Position numbers and translations under genes: made by a program | Notes under the pieces: model-generated | What the model was told of the DNA's origin: nothing | Databases searched by the model: none | Seen by the model: only the letters and a program-made list of their open reading frames with translations | Virus record (IMG/VR): IMGVR_UViG_2630968879_000020 | Span: 32,001-96,000 of that record | From: a virus | Lineage: Duplodnaviria > Caudoviricetes | Length of the DNA stretch: 64,000 nt | Reading direction: 5' to 3' (one strand) | Shown here: piece after piece, positions 1-10,044 of the stretch | Position numbering within the stretch: position 1 is the stretch's first letter | Layout: each line of letters begins with the position of its first letter

Positions 1-190
1 TCTCAGATACATAACCCCGAAATCTCTATTGAACGTTATTTCAGAAAAATAGAAATGTGATTGCTCAAAATAGAGAGCATAAAATATCTATATATTTTCC
101 AAATTTTATGCTCTCGTCGAAACCATATATCGGACGGTTTGCTTATTATCTGGCAAAGTAGCAGGTAACTGAATGTTTGAACATAATGAA

Positions 191-388
191 ATGAAAACAA
201 TCCCATTATCAGAATATGTAAAGCAACATGGTCAGGCGGAAACAGCAAATGTACTGGGTGTACATCAAACAGCGATTAGCAAGGCGTTGAAAGCGGAACG
301 TAAAATATTTTTGATCCGCCAAGAAGATGGCAGTTATAAGGCTGAAGAATACCGTTCATTTCCTAGCCAGAAAATATCCATCTTTTAG
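191..388 (+). CDS. cro: Lambda Cro-like HTH repressor
   Basis: IPLSEYVKQHGQAETANVLGVHQTAISKAL...AEEYRSFPSQK resembles lambda Cro; ATG at 191 preferred. Confidence 0.8.
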   Translation: MKTIPLSEYVKQHGQAETANVLGVHQTAISKALKAERKIFLIRQEDGSYKAEEYRSFPSQKISIF

Positions 389-556
389 TGATTTTGCCTA
401 TTCCTAAACCGAATTAGCCTAAATATTCACCATAATAACCATGCTAAAAATAATAGCATACTGATTTAGAGCTATGAGAGGTGTAAGAGCTTATTTATTT
501 AGTGACAAAGTTTTACGGTTAGATAAAAATAACGGTTTTCCCTATTTGCAGTAAGG

Positions 557-766
557 TTGTATATTAAACACTCACTAAAAATGATAATAGCAGCAGGTTC
601 TATTTTATTAACAGCCTGTTCATCTAGCGATGATGATATTCGAGAGTCTGTTAAAGAACAGGTTAACAGGGCAATGAAAGACCCTACATCTTCTTTATTT
701 CGTGATGTTGACATCTACCGTGATGGCGAGGACGGTAATTGTCAGCATAGTTGTCACCCCCATTAA
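557..766 (+). pseudogene. Lipoprotein interrupted by a MITE
   Basis: Lipobox LLTAC; the last ~10 codons come from the inverted-repeat element starting at ~733. Confidence 0.55.
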
Positions 767-875
767 CAACACTGATAGAGAGAGCAGCTGGTCGATATCG
801 TGACGTTGAATCTCGAACGAAAAAGACAGGTCTCTTAAACTCATTAATAGTGCCAATTATGTTGACAATTACCGT
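732..875. mobile_element. ~140-bp MITE with 26-bp terminal inverted repeats
   Basis: ACGGTAATTGTCAGCATAGTTGTCAC at 732 versus reverse complement of the right end ACGGTAATTGTCAACATAATTGGCAC (23/26 match); no transposase. Confidence 0.75.
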
Positions 876-1225
876 AGTGGTGAATATATGATTGGAGAGT
901 TTCTTAGAAGAGGGGCATGTCTTCCGTTTTTGAAAACTCTGTTAGTGAAAGTAAAACCCAACTCAATTAATGTATTTAGAGTTAAAACAACATTTATGGG
1001 AGCGAATGGAGGTGATTTAGATTTTAGTTTATGTAGCGTCAAGCTGTATCAAATCTGGAACTTGGACGATATAGATTGCAGCTGGGTTAATAATAGGTTT
1101 GGTATTTTTTGAATTTAGTACTACCTGTATAAAAAATATTATGTAATGATAAATTTTTATTAGTTTTTTAGGTTAGCAACATGAGCTTGGGAAACTGAAA
1201 GGTCTAAACTTACTATAACCTGCAA

Positions 1226-2266
1226 TTGGATGCTGTTGGGTCGATTATAATGGAAAAATCTGGATTAGTTGTTTACCCATCGGATGGTGGAAAACCCTTT
1301 TTATTAAATGAAAATGGCCACCTATTAACAAAATTAACAACAATTAAACAAAAGCAAGAGGGAAAAGGTGCAAATGTCAAATATCAATATAAACATTTTG
1401 TACCTAATGCTGAAAACTATCAATTGGTCATAGTGCCTCGGTGTTCTTGTTTGTATTATGTATTGTATTATTTGAGAGCTGATATGTATTCAGTACCAAT
1501 TACAAAGTTCGATATTCAAGGTAACTATATTGTTTGGGGAATTGATAGTTATTCTCTTGAGGATTTTTATGATATTTCAGAGTGGTTATTTACTGATGAG
1601 TTTATTATAGATGTATATGGCTATTCTAAAAATACAAGAAAAGATAATTATGGTCTAGATTTTAAGGGTGCAAATCAATTTTTAACTGTCTCTAATGAAA
1701 AAGAGCTTGGTTATTGTGTATTAAGGCAAAAAATTAAAATGAGCGCAGGGCAGTCATGGAGTGTTCCATCAGATTTGCCAAACCCAGATAATCAAGTAGT
1801 ATTTGTCCGAAGTGATAATCCAAATTGTGCTGTCTCTACTGACAGAATATACAATAAAGTTACCGTGTCTCATGATTGCAATTTATATGTGGTTGTTTTT
1901 TCCTCTGGATTCACTCCACAGAAAGATGGTTGTGGTGTTCATATTTGGAATGAACGGGGAGAGTTAACTTACTCCAGTCGATACGTACCATTCTTCCATG
2001 GTGAAAATGTTGTTTTTAATAGCGAGAATGATGTGGTTACTACAAATTTAAAGTCCCCAATGATTAGGGCTACAGACTTATATCTTCTATGGAGTAAAAG
2101 AAATGATGACTGGAATTTTTATTCGACCGCATATAAATTTCATGAAAATAAAATAACTTTAACAACAGGGATAAAAATTGGTGATGGTAATATTGGACCG
2201 AGGCATGAGCTTAACGATTACGCAGCAGTTCCGACATATGCAATAGAATTTTCCGACTATTTTTAA
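1226..2266 (+). CDS. Putative phage tail-tip accessory protein (DUF6453-like)
   Basis: Repeated G-[LV]-x-[VIF] motifs, e.g. GVHIWNERGELTYSS, typical of genes that follow J; AT-rich; start uncertain. Confidence 0.55.
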   Translation: MDAVGSIIMEKSGLVVYPSDGGKPFLLNENGHLLTKLTTIKQKQEGKGANVKYQYKHFVPNAENYQLVIVPRCSCLYYVLYYLRADMYSVPITKFDIQGNYIVWGIDSYSLEDFYDISEWLFTDEFIIDVYGYSKNTRKDNYGLDFKGANQFLTVSNEKELGYCVLRQKIKMSAGQSWSVPSDLPNPDNQVVFVRSDNPNCAVSTDRIYNKVTVSHDCNLYVVVFSSGFTPQKDGCGVHIWNERGELTYSSRYVPFFHGENVVFNSENDVVTTNLKSPMIRATDLYLLWSKRNDDWNFYSTAYKFHENKITLTTGIKIGDGNIGPRHELNDYAAVPTYAIEFSDYF

Positions 2267-2752
2267 TACTAATAGAGTAATAGTCAGAACACCAACCATC
2301 TTGCTCTCTGCCATTTTCTAGGGCAGGACTTATCAGCTAACAACTGTAGATTCATTTCAAGATGATTCAATCAATTAAAATGATGGAGCGGGTGATTTGT
2401 CTTTGTGCTATACGAGATTGGTAGCCTCGGTTCTGGTGCATTACTCTTCAACTAACATCGTCAGTCTAATGCCTCAGCATAGATCTATCTAGGGCATCAC
2501 TCGACATTTTATCCAATCACGGGTTTCCAACCTCTCGGGTTTATGTCCTGTGCTCCTGATAGCGCTAGTATTCTCCTGAGTGACTGTATTGTGGAGGGTA
2601 TGGCTGTGGTCAGTTCGGCAGGCTCTTTAACTATACTCAGCGTCTCTAACATCAGTGGCATGATGTTAAATTGCTGATATTTATTCTCTCCGCTTAATTT
2701 AATGTTCCATTAAGCGGAGCGAATAATAACGAATTCATAGAGGGGAAAAGTA

Positions 2753-3043
2753 TCAATTGTCAGCGGACTGCTCTGCGTTTTTCATTAATATTTCGAGCAT
2801 TTCCTCTGTGATCCTGCCTTCTTTGAACATTTCGAGAAGTTGTGTTTTAACACTGTTGTCGGCAATGATCTGTTTAGTGCATTTATCGAATTCTGCTAAC
2901 GTGATGTTCTCTAGGAGTGCATTAAGCACTATCTCAATACTTGGTTTAACGTTTTTCGATTTGAGTCTAGATTTCAATTCATTAATTTTTTCTTGTGCTT
3001 TTGGTGTAGCTCTGAACTGCACAACTTTTGCTTTGTCAGTCAT
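2753..3043 (-). CDS. Hypothetical protein, possibly DNA-binding
   Basis: 96-aa ORF downstream of the helicase on the same strand. Confidence 0.6.
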   Translation of the reverse strand: MTDKAKVVQFRATPKAQEKINELKSRLKSKNVKPSIEIVLNALLENITLAEFDKCTKQIIADNSVKTQLLEMFKEGRITEEMLEILMKNAEQSADN

Positions 3044-3084
3044 AATATACCTATAAAAAAATACCTTTAATATTATTATATCTA

Positions 3085-4725
3085 TTAGTTAAGTAAGTGA
3101 AAAGGTAATTCACTACCTTCCGATAAAATGCCCTGAACAAACCCATCGGTTTCTTTGATAATGTTTCTTCGCTCAAATGAGTGTTGTAGTAAGTTATTAT
3201 TGGAATAGTCGAGGAAATCCACGACAAAGCAGATATTCGCCTGATCGGTTTTTTTACGAAGTCCACGGCCTACACGTTGACGCAGTTCTACCTCCGCTTT
3301 CCCACCACCGGCAAGAATGACACCACCAACGCCGGGAACATCAACACCTACATCAAGTATTGTAGAGCCAATCAGTACATCAATCTCACGGTGACGCAGC
3401 TTATCAAGTTGAGCCATTCGTTCAGCCTGTTTGCTCTCACCGAAGATGAATTCTGTTTTAATACCTATACTTCTCAGCATTTCCTTCAAAATCTGACCGT
3501 GTCGTTTGAGCCTAACAAGGATCATTACGGTCAATTTGTGTCCTACCATTTTTTTTGCCTGATGGACGATTAGACTATTTCGAGCAAGATTGTAAGTAAT
3601 GCCAAGTTGCGCGGCTCGTGTGTATGGGGAGTTACGACCTAAACGTGAATTTCCAACCTTTTCAGAAAGATCTTTTTTGATATTCACATCATCAGGTGTG
3701 TAATCTGTTCTTAGATAAAGGAAGTAAGGTTTTGCCAGAATACCTCTGTCTATGAGATATCGTTCCGATACTTTAATTCCAATAGAGCCGGTAACAGCCA
3801 TCAACCGCATATTGGCTTCTGCGGAATCTTTCATAAATGGCGTTGCTGTTAGACCTAATCGGTAATCGGCATTCACACACATGCGGCTGATATCATAAAA
3901 AGCGTTGCCCGATGATTCGTGTGCTTCTTCCAGTATCAATAAGCGAACTTCCTGCAACAGTTTTTTGATTGCCGCCTGTCTACGATAGTGAAACTCTCGT
4001 TTTTCCCCCCACTCTTTGCGTTGTTCCTCTTTGGTTGGATGCGGCTTGGTTGATTTTTTACCTTTGGGTGGTAGTTTTTCAACAAAACGGGGGAACTCGT
4101 CAAGAAAGCTAGCAAGAGTCTGAATGGTTGCTACGTTAATATGGCGCGAAAAGTGGAACATGCCGTCACCAACGATCCCGATTTTTTCTCCTTTCAGGTG
4201 AGGTTCGCTGTTTTCTGCTCTGTAGTTGATAGAACGTTGAAAATTGTCTCTCATTTGGTGCATTAGCACCGATCGTGTGGTGATAAACAGTGTCAGTTGA
4301 TTAATACGAGCGGCGGCTTTACAGCCCACTACGCTTTTCCCACCGCCAGTTGCAATCTGAGCAATCATCCCTCCCTGCTTGACCATACGCTCGACTGTTT
4401 CATCCTGATAAACGTAATCAGGATTGTACGGGAACTCGTTTATCTTTGGGTTAGGTTGACCCAATGGCAGGATCATGGGTTTACGCTGCAAAAGTACTCT
4501 GTGACCTGCTTTCTCTAACTTCTTTGTCACTGCCTGAACAAAACCTGATGGAAAACTGCGTGTTGTCCAGTTGAACATTGTCGATCTTCCATCCCATCCG
4601 CTTGATTTAAACTGTGCCCCATCAACCTCATAGCTCAGTGCATCTTGAACACCGCGTAAAACACCCTCATCGGCATTTTTACTTATTAATGCGTTGACTG
4701 CATTATATGCAATAACGATATCCAT
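3085..4725 (-). CDS. SF2 DEAD/DEAH-box helicase
   Basis: Walker A IATGGGKS, LEEAH, motif III LTAT, GVDVP, QRVGRGLR. Confidence 0.9.
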   Translation of the reverse strand: MDIVIAYNAVNALISKNADEGVLRGVQDALSYEVDGAQFKSSGWDGRSTMFNWTTRSFPSGFVQAVTKKLEKAGHRVLLQRKPMILPLGQPNPKINEFPYNPDYVYQDETVERMVKQGGMIAQIATGGGKSVVGCKAAARINQLTLFITTRSVLMHQMRDNFQRSINYRAENSEPHLKGEKIGIVGDGMFHFSRHINVATIQTLASFLDEFPRFVEKLPPKGKKSTKPHPTKEEQRKEWGEKREFHYRRQAAIKKLLQEVRLLILEEAHESSGNAFYDISRMCVNADYRLGLTATPFMKDSAEANMRLMAVTGSIGIKVSERYLIDRGILAKPYFLYLRTDYTPDDVNIKKDLSEKVGNSRLGRNSPYTRAAQLGITYNLARNSLIVHQAKKMVGHKLTVMILVRLKRHGQILKEMLRSIGIKTEFIFGESKQAERMAQLDKLRHREIDVLIGSTILDVGVDVPGVGGVILAGGGKAEVELRQRVGRGLRKKTDQANICFVVDFLDYSNNNLLQHSFERRNIIKETDGFVQGILSEGSELPFHLLN

Positions 4726-4765
4726 AAATAAGACCTTATATTTTTTAAAAAAACAGATATTATAT

Positions 4766-4783
4766 TATGTATGTAAATACTTA
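4766..4783. promoter_or_regulatory. Palindromic operator copy (TATGTA-N6-TACTTA)
   Basis: Member of a 10-copy motif family; lies between the divergent helicase and ParB operon. Confidence 0.55.
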
Positions 4784-5508
4784 TGGAAAAGTATGGAAAA
4801 AATACAATGGAAAGTAAAACTAAATTTTTAGAGGTGGAGACGGGAAAACTCGTTCCTAACGGCTGGAATACCAACAGTGTTCCACTAATGAACATGGACA
4901 AATTAAGAGAATCACTCACTCGCCTCGGTTTGTTTAAACCCATCATTGTTCGTGAGGTCAGGGACAAATACGAGATCTTAGGTGGTGAGCATCGTTGGAG
5001 AGCTGCTGTAGAACTTGGTATGCCGACCGTCATGATTGCCAATTTAGGTGAAATCAGTGATTCAACCGCAAAACAAATCTCTGTTATCGACAATGAGCGA
5101 TACGGTGAAGACGATGCGGACAGTTTTACCCGTTTGCTTGAGGAAATTCAGACAGATCTTTCCTACAGTTTTGCAGACCTTGCTCCGGTTGATGACATTC
5201 TCAAAGACGTAATGCCTACAATCTCGACAGAAGCAGCGTTTCGGGAGTTAGAAGCTCTAAGCACTGAAATGGGGGCAAACACTGAAATGGATGAATTCGG
5301 TTCTGAGTTATTACGTGAAAGAGCTGAAAGAGCCGAGGTGAGTTCTCACCAAACCATGCGATTTAAGGTTACGACAGATGCGGCGGAAATGATTGAAGCC
5401 GTGATAGCGGCCGTTATCCGTGACGAGAACATTAAAACGGGCAACAAGATGGAAGATGCCGGGGAAGCACTGTTATTCATTGCAGAAAAATACAGGGAAG
5501 TACGCTAA
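4783..5508 (+). CDS. ParB/Srx N-terminal domain protein
   Basis: LVPNGWNTN, GLFKPIIVR, ILGGEHRWRAA. Confidence 0.85.
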   Translation: MEKYGKNTMESKTKFLEVETGKLVPNGWNTNSVPLMNMDKLRESLTRLGLFKPIIVREVRDKYEILGGEHRWRAAVELGMPTVMIANLGEISDSTAKQISVIDNERYGEDDADSFTRLLEEIQTDLSYSFADLAPVDDILKDVMPTISTEAAFRELEALSTEMGANTEMDEFGSELLRERAERAEVSSHQTMRFKVTTDAAEMIEAVIAAVIRDENIKTGNKMEDAGEALLFIAEKYREVR

Positions 5509-6182
5509 TGGAAAAGAAATTTGAAATTGTCTATTTAGACCCTCGTGCTCTTATCCCATATGAGAAGAATGCAAAAAAGCATAATGAGCAACAAATTAAA
5601 GATCTTGCCGAAGCCATCAAAAAACGTGGTTTTGACCAACCTATCACAGTTGATAAAAACAGGGTGATTATTACCGGTCATGGTCGAACGGAAGCGTCAA
5701 TCTTTGCCTGCCTGACAAAAGTACCCGTTATTATCCGTGATGACTTGACTGAATCCGAAGTTGCTGCGAAAAGACTGGAAGATAACCGCCTAGCCAGTAC
5801 CGACTACGACGCTCTGGTACTGCAAGAAGAACTGAAAAACCTGATTGACGGTGACGTGGCTGTTTACGGATTTTCTGATCGTGAATTGAGTGTATTGGTT
5901 GAAGACATGATCGACTCAATGGCAACTGATGGCTTAGTTGTGGATCTGTCAGTTGAAACTGAAAGACAGAAAGACGAGCACGATGTGGTCGCTCATAAAG
6001 TGGCAAACGAAGATGTCCGGCTGGTAGACGTAATGGGCTTTAAATCGATTCCTGCCAGTTCTGCGATTGTGGTTGGTGATTTGCTTGCTCACATGGAAGA
6101 AATGACGGGAAAGAGCGGTATAGACGCTTTTCTGGCGTTTGCAGAAAAAGTCTCTGAGGAAATGTACGGAGAGCAACAATGA
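5508..6182 (+). CDS. ParB/Srx N-terminal domain protein
   Basis: LIPYEKNAKKH, GFDQPITVD, IITGHGR, RLEDNRL. Confidence 0.85.
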   Translation: MEKKFEIVYLDPRALIPYEKNAKKHNEQQIKDLAEAIKKRGFDQPITVDKNRVIITGHGRTEASIFACLTKVPVIIRDDLTESEVAAKRLEDNRLASTDYDALVLQEELKNLIDGDVAVYGFSDRELSVLVEDMIDSMATDGLVVDLSVETERQKDEHDVVAHKVANEDVRLVDVMGFKSIPASSAIVVGDLLAHMEEMTGKSGIDAFLAFAEKVSEEMYGEQQ

Positions 6183-6826
6183 GCGATTACATCATCAACA
6201 TTGCATTCGATACTCGCGTAACTAAAACAACCCGTACACTCGAAATTGCGGAATCATTCGGCTTAGGTATGGATGATAAACAATTCACGCTCTATGACAA
6301 TCTACGGGTTCAAATTGATCAGGGTGATGTTGTGTATATCACGGGTCAATCTGGTTCGGGTAAGTCGGTGATTTTACGAGAACTGCAAAGATTAATGAAA
6401 GACGAAAATAAAACCGTCTTATCCATTGATGACATTACCTTTGATAACGACAAGAATGTTATTGATCAGGTCGGAAAGACCACCACAGAAGCGTTGAGCT
6501 TACTGTCAATGGCAGGTTTGAACGATGCTTACCTGTTTATCCGTAAACCGTCTGAAATGTCTGACGGCCACCGTTACCGGTTGAAAATTGCAAAATTGAT
6601 TGAATCTGGTGCTCAGGTATGGGCGGCTGATGAATTTGGCGCTGTGTTAGACCGCGTTACCGCACAGGCTGTAGCGTCAAACTTCCAGAGAGCGGCGCGT
6701 AATGTTGGTGCAACCGTTATGGTAGCCACTACCCATGAGGATCTGATCAATGCATTACGCCCTAGCATAACAATTACCAAGCACTATAAAGAGCGGGTGA
6801 AGGTGGAATATGGACGTGATCATTAA
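6179..6826 (+). CDS. Stand-alone ABC-family ATPase
   Basis: Walker A GQSGSGKS, signature variant MSDGH, Walker B AADEFGAVLD, H-loop ATTH; no permease nearby. Confidence 0.85.
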   Translation: MSDYIINIAFDTRVTKTTRTLEIAESFGLGMDDKQFTLYDNLRVQIDQGDVVYITGQSGSGKSVILRELQRLMKDENKTVLSIDDITFDNDKNVIDQVGKTTTEALSLLSMAGLNDAYLFIRKPSEMSDGHRYRLKIAKLIESGAQVWAADEFGAVLDRVTAQAVASNFQRAARNVGATVMVATTHEDLINALRPSITITKHYKERVKVEYGRDH

Positions 6827-7703
6827 TCGGCATAAACCGGAAGATTTCCCGAAACACTTAGACTTCATGAAAGACATGGTTGTTTCGAAAGGAACGGTCG
6901 AAGATTGGCATGAGCTTAAATCACTCCACTATAAGACAGATGGCAAGCCGTTTGCACCGAGCTACTACAAATGCACATTAGGTGATCGCTTAGTGGGGGT
7001 TGTCGTGATGGCATACCCAAAGCTGCTGCTTGCACCACGACACCGGATGTTTCCAAAACTGAAACCGACCACTAACACTACGGTTGCTAACCAGTATTGG
7101 GGAAAATACGTTAACGCAAATTTCGCAGTTATGAGCCGTTGTGTAGTCGATACGCTGTACCGAGGTCTTGGCGTCAGTTACCGGTTAATCAATATTGCCT
7201 CACGTATGCATGATAAGCCGATCATTGAAATTCAGTCCTCAATGAGCAAGTACAATCCATTTGCAATGAAAGCCGGATTTGATTTCATTCGACCAGAACG
7301 GCCGAAAACCTATGAAAGTGCGTTGCGTGTATATCAGCGTCATTTCCGATCAGATGCTGGTGACACGGAATCAATCGTAAGAGAGCTGTTTTCTATGACT
7401 GATGCGCGTAGGCGTAGAGCGTTATCTGATCTAGTCGCTAATTATCATAAAAACTCGTCATTGGCGAAAGCCGGTCGGAATAGAGGCACAACAATTCAGG
7501 ATATTTTGGACACCTTAACGACCGAGGAAGCGATCGTTAAATTTCTCAAAGAAATCCATAACCTCAGTTTTACCACACCCTTATATGGGGCATATCGAAA
7601 TCCAGACTTCGGGAAAGCGTTGCCAAGTGACATCCCACTTCTGGTATTCGATAACCAAGATGTACGCTCACAAATGGATACAAAGCGTTTAAATGTGATT
7701 TAA
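6810..7703 (+). CDS. GNAT-fold acyltransferase (Mom-like candidate)
   Basis: Motif A SRCVVDTLYRGLGVS and motif B YNPFAMKAGF. Confidence 0.7.
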   Translation: MDVIINRHKPEDFPKHLDFMKDMVVSKGTVEDWHELKSLHYKTDGKPFAPSYYKCTLGDRLVGVVVMAYPKLLLAPRHRMFPKLKPTTNTTVANQYWGKYVNANFAVMSRCVVDTLYRGLGVSYRLINIASRMHDKPIIEIQSSMSKYNPFAMKAGFDFIRPERPKTYESALRVYQRHFRSDAGDTESIVRELFSMTDARRRRALSDLVANYHKNSSLAKAGRNRGTTIQDILDTLTTEEAIVKFLKEIHNLSFTTPLYGAYRNPDFGKALPSDIPLLVFDNQDVRSQMDTKRLNVI

Positions 7704-7719
7704 AAAAGGATTCTTAAAC

Positions 7720-7983
7720 ATGGACGTAACTGAAAAGCAAAAATCAATTATCCGCACTGTCTGGATTGGCGTAGAGCGGGGTAATCCTGTCGATATGGAC
7801 GAGTTACTGGAAATGCTGCCTTATAAAACCAGCAAACAGTCTATGCAATTCTCTATCCGTGCCCTTATCAAAAAAGGGATCGTTGTTAAAAGCGGTTTGA
7901 GAAAACGCGCAACAGATGGGTATAACCGTGTGGTGTATGAACTGACGGATCTCGGTAGAGCAGTTGCAAAAATGTATAGTTAA
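7720..7983 (+). CDS. Winged-helix DNA-binding protein
   Basis: SIRALIKKGIVVKSG...VVYELTDLG wHTH pattern. Confidence 0.65.
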   Translation: MDVTEKQKSIIRTVWIGVERGNPVDMDELLEMLPYKTSKQSMQFSIRALIKKGIVVKSGLRKRATDGYNRVVYELTDLGRAVAKMYS

Positions 7984-8145
7984 TAATACCGTGCTCTCAA
8001 TAATATATATTAGTAAACAATATAAATTTGATATCTATATTGTTTTGATATTTGTTTTGTTCTTATGTCTTTCTTAGTAAGAAATTTATATAAATATTAT
8101 GGGAGCAAGGTCTTTTTATTAACACTGCGGAAAAGGAATTTTCGA

Positions 8146-8751
8146 GTGGCAATCAGGGAAGAAAGAACACGACTGTCTGCTTCACAATGGGCGGAAGCTG
8201 AGGCGGCTTGGTCTTCTGGGGAGTTTTCATTATCTCAGTTAGAGGGGCGCTTCGGTGTAAGGCGAGAAACGCTTTCACGTCATTTCAAAAAAAAGAAGGT
8301 CATCAAAGGCACGGATGCTGTTGGGAAATTAGTTCGTGAATCAATCAGGTCAGATGCTGAAATAAGGGCGAAAGAACGCTCCGCGTTAATTGAAGAAAGG
8401 CGGGGTAAATACGACCGCTTTGCATTCAATATTGCCGCTCTGCTGATGAGAGAAGTCACTGAGGGTTCTAAAGCCTCAGCAACAGGCTCGGCAATTGGTT
8501 TTGCTGAACGGGAAGCCAATATAAAGGCACTACAACGGGCTTCAATCACACTGAGTAAATGCTTTGAGGTGTCTAGCAAGTCTCTCAACATGGATAAAGT
8601 TGATGTTGAAGAAGATGAGCTTCCGGCACTGATGTTTGGTGAACTGACACAAGCACAGGTTGCGGAATTGCGAAAAGCTGAGGAACCGGCTGACCTGTCA
8701 GAAGAACTCGACCTTGACACTGAGAGTGAAGAAAACGGCGGGGGTGAATGA
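8146..8751 (+). CDS. Probable terminase small subunit
   Basis: N-terminal HTH, acidic tail, overlaps the large terminase start; GTG at 8146 follows AAGGA. Confidence 0.65.
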   Translation: MAIREERTRLSASQWAEAEAAWSSGEFSLSQLEGRFGVRRETLSRHFKKKKVIKGTDAVGKLVRESIRSDAEIRAKERSALIEERRGKYDRFAFNIAALLMREVTEGSKASATGSAIGFAEREANIKALQRASITLSKCFEVSSKSLNMDKVDVEEDELPALMFGELTQAQVAELRKAEEPADLSEELDLDTESEENGGGE

Positions 8752-10010
8752 TGGCTCAGAACAATAGTGGTCTGCAATTGGTTCAGCTCCATAAAGGGCA
8801 GATGTCAGTATTCAAATCACCTCATCGATTTAAAGTCGTCTGTGCTGGTCGGCGTTGGGGTAAATCCCGCCTATCTATCTCTAAGCTGATGAAAGAGGCT
8901 ATAAAAGCGCCTAAACAGCGAGTTTGGTATATCGCCCCGACTTACCAGATGGCAAGGCAGATTCTTTGGGATGATTTGCAGGAATTGATCCCCCGTAAAT
9001 GGATCAAAAAGAAAAACGACACCACAATGACCATCTTGCTGAAAAACGGCAGTGAGCTGGGATTAAAAGGCGCTGATAAGCCGGACACTCTGCGTGGAGT
9101 CGCATTGCATTTTGTTGTACTTGATGAGTTTCAGGACATGAAGCCTGATACTTGGTACAAGGTCATTCGTCCAACTCTTTCATCCACGAAAGGAAAGGCG
9201 CTGATTATCGGTACACCGAAAGGTTATTCCGCTTTCCATAAGCTCTGGACTATCGGGCAAAATCCCTCGATGCAGAAGAAAGGGCATTGGAAAAGCTGGC
9301 AGTACGTTACCGCTGATTCGCCATTTGTTCCAGATTCAGAGATTGAGGCGGCCCGTGAAGATATGGACCCTAAATCCTTTGCTCAGGAATACCTTGCTTC
9401 TTTCGAAAATATGTCAGGCCGAGTGTACTATCCGTTTGAACGAAAAACACACGTTAAGCCATGCGAATTCAACCCGAAACTACCTATTTGGATAGGGCAG
9501 GACTTCAACATTGATCCTATGTCGTCGGTGGTATTGCAGCCTCAACCGAACGGAGAACTGTGGGCGGTAGATGAAATTGTCTTGTTTTCATCGAACACAG
9601 TTGAAGTGTGTGACGAAATCGAACGCCGTTATTGGCGATGGAAAAATCAGGTTGTTATCTTTCCTGACCCAGCGGGTAGCTACCGTCAACATGCACGAGG
9701 CGAGTCGGATATTGATATCTTTAAGGAAAAGGGGTTTGTGCGCATTGATTTTCCTAAAAAACACCCTCCGATTGCAGATCGTGTCAATGCGACAAACCGC
9801 TTGTTGATGAGTGCTGCGGGGACAGTTAGACTTCATATTGACCCAAAATGCAAGCATCTCATTGAATCATTTGAAAAAGTTATTTACAAACCGGGTTCTA
9901 GGGATATCGATAAGGCAGCGGGTATTGAGCATAGTACTGATGCGATAGGTTATCCGATTCATAGACGATTCCCTGTCAAAGAACGCACAATTCTCGGTGG
10001 TTCACGTTAA
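8748..10010 (+). CDS. Terminase large subunit
   Basis: AGRRWGKS, LRG..LHFVVLDE, IGTPKG, nuclease motifs GQDFN and EHSTDAIGY. Confidence 0.93.
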   Translation: MMAQNNSGLQLVQLHKGQMSVFKSPHRFKVVCAGRRWGKSRLSISKLMKEAIKAPKQRVWYIAPTYQMARQILWDDLQELIPRKWIKKKNDTTMTILLKNGSELGLKGADKPDTLRGVALHFVVLDEFQDMKPDTWYKVIRPTLSSTKGKALIIGTPKGYSAFHKLWTIGQNPSMQKKGHWKSWQYVTADSPFVPDSEIEAAREDMDPKSFAQEYLASFENMSGRVYYPFERKTHVKPCEFNPKLPIWIGQDFNIDPMSSVVLQPQPNGELWAVDEIVLFSSNTVEVCDEIERRYWRWKNQVVIFPDPAGSYRQHARGESDIDIFKEKGFVRIDFPKKHPPIADRVNATNRLLMSAAGTVRLHIDPKCKHLIESFEKVIYKPGSRDIDKAAGIEHSTDAIGYPIHRRFPVKERTILGGSR

Positions 10011-10044
10011 CAATGTAGTTATATAAATATCTAAAGGATTTTAA

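Noticed and set aside
2280-2700. Possible decayed gene or IS remnant
   Set aside because: Only short broken frames and no recognisable motif
6179-6826. ABC transporter
   Set aside because: No membrane or substrate-binding subunit nearby
8280-8792. 170-aa antisense ORF and similar short shadow ORFs across the window
   Set aside because: They lie opposite or inside well-supported genes, are low-complexity and lack RBS or motifs
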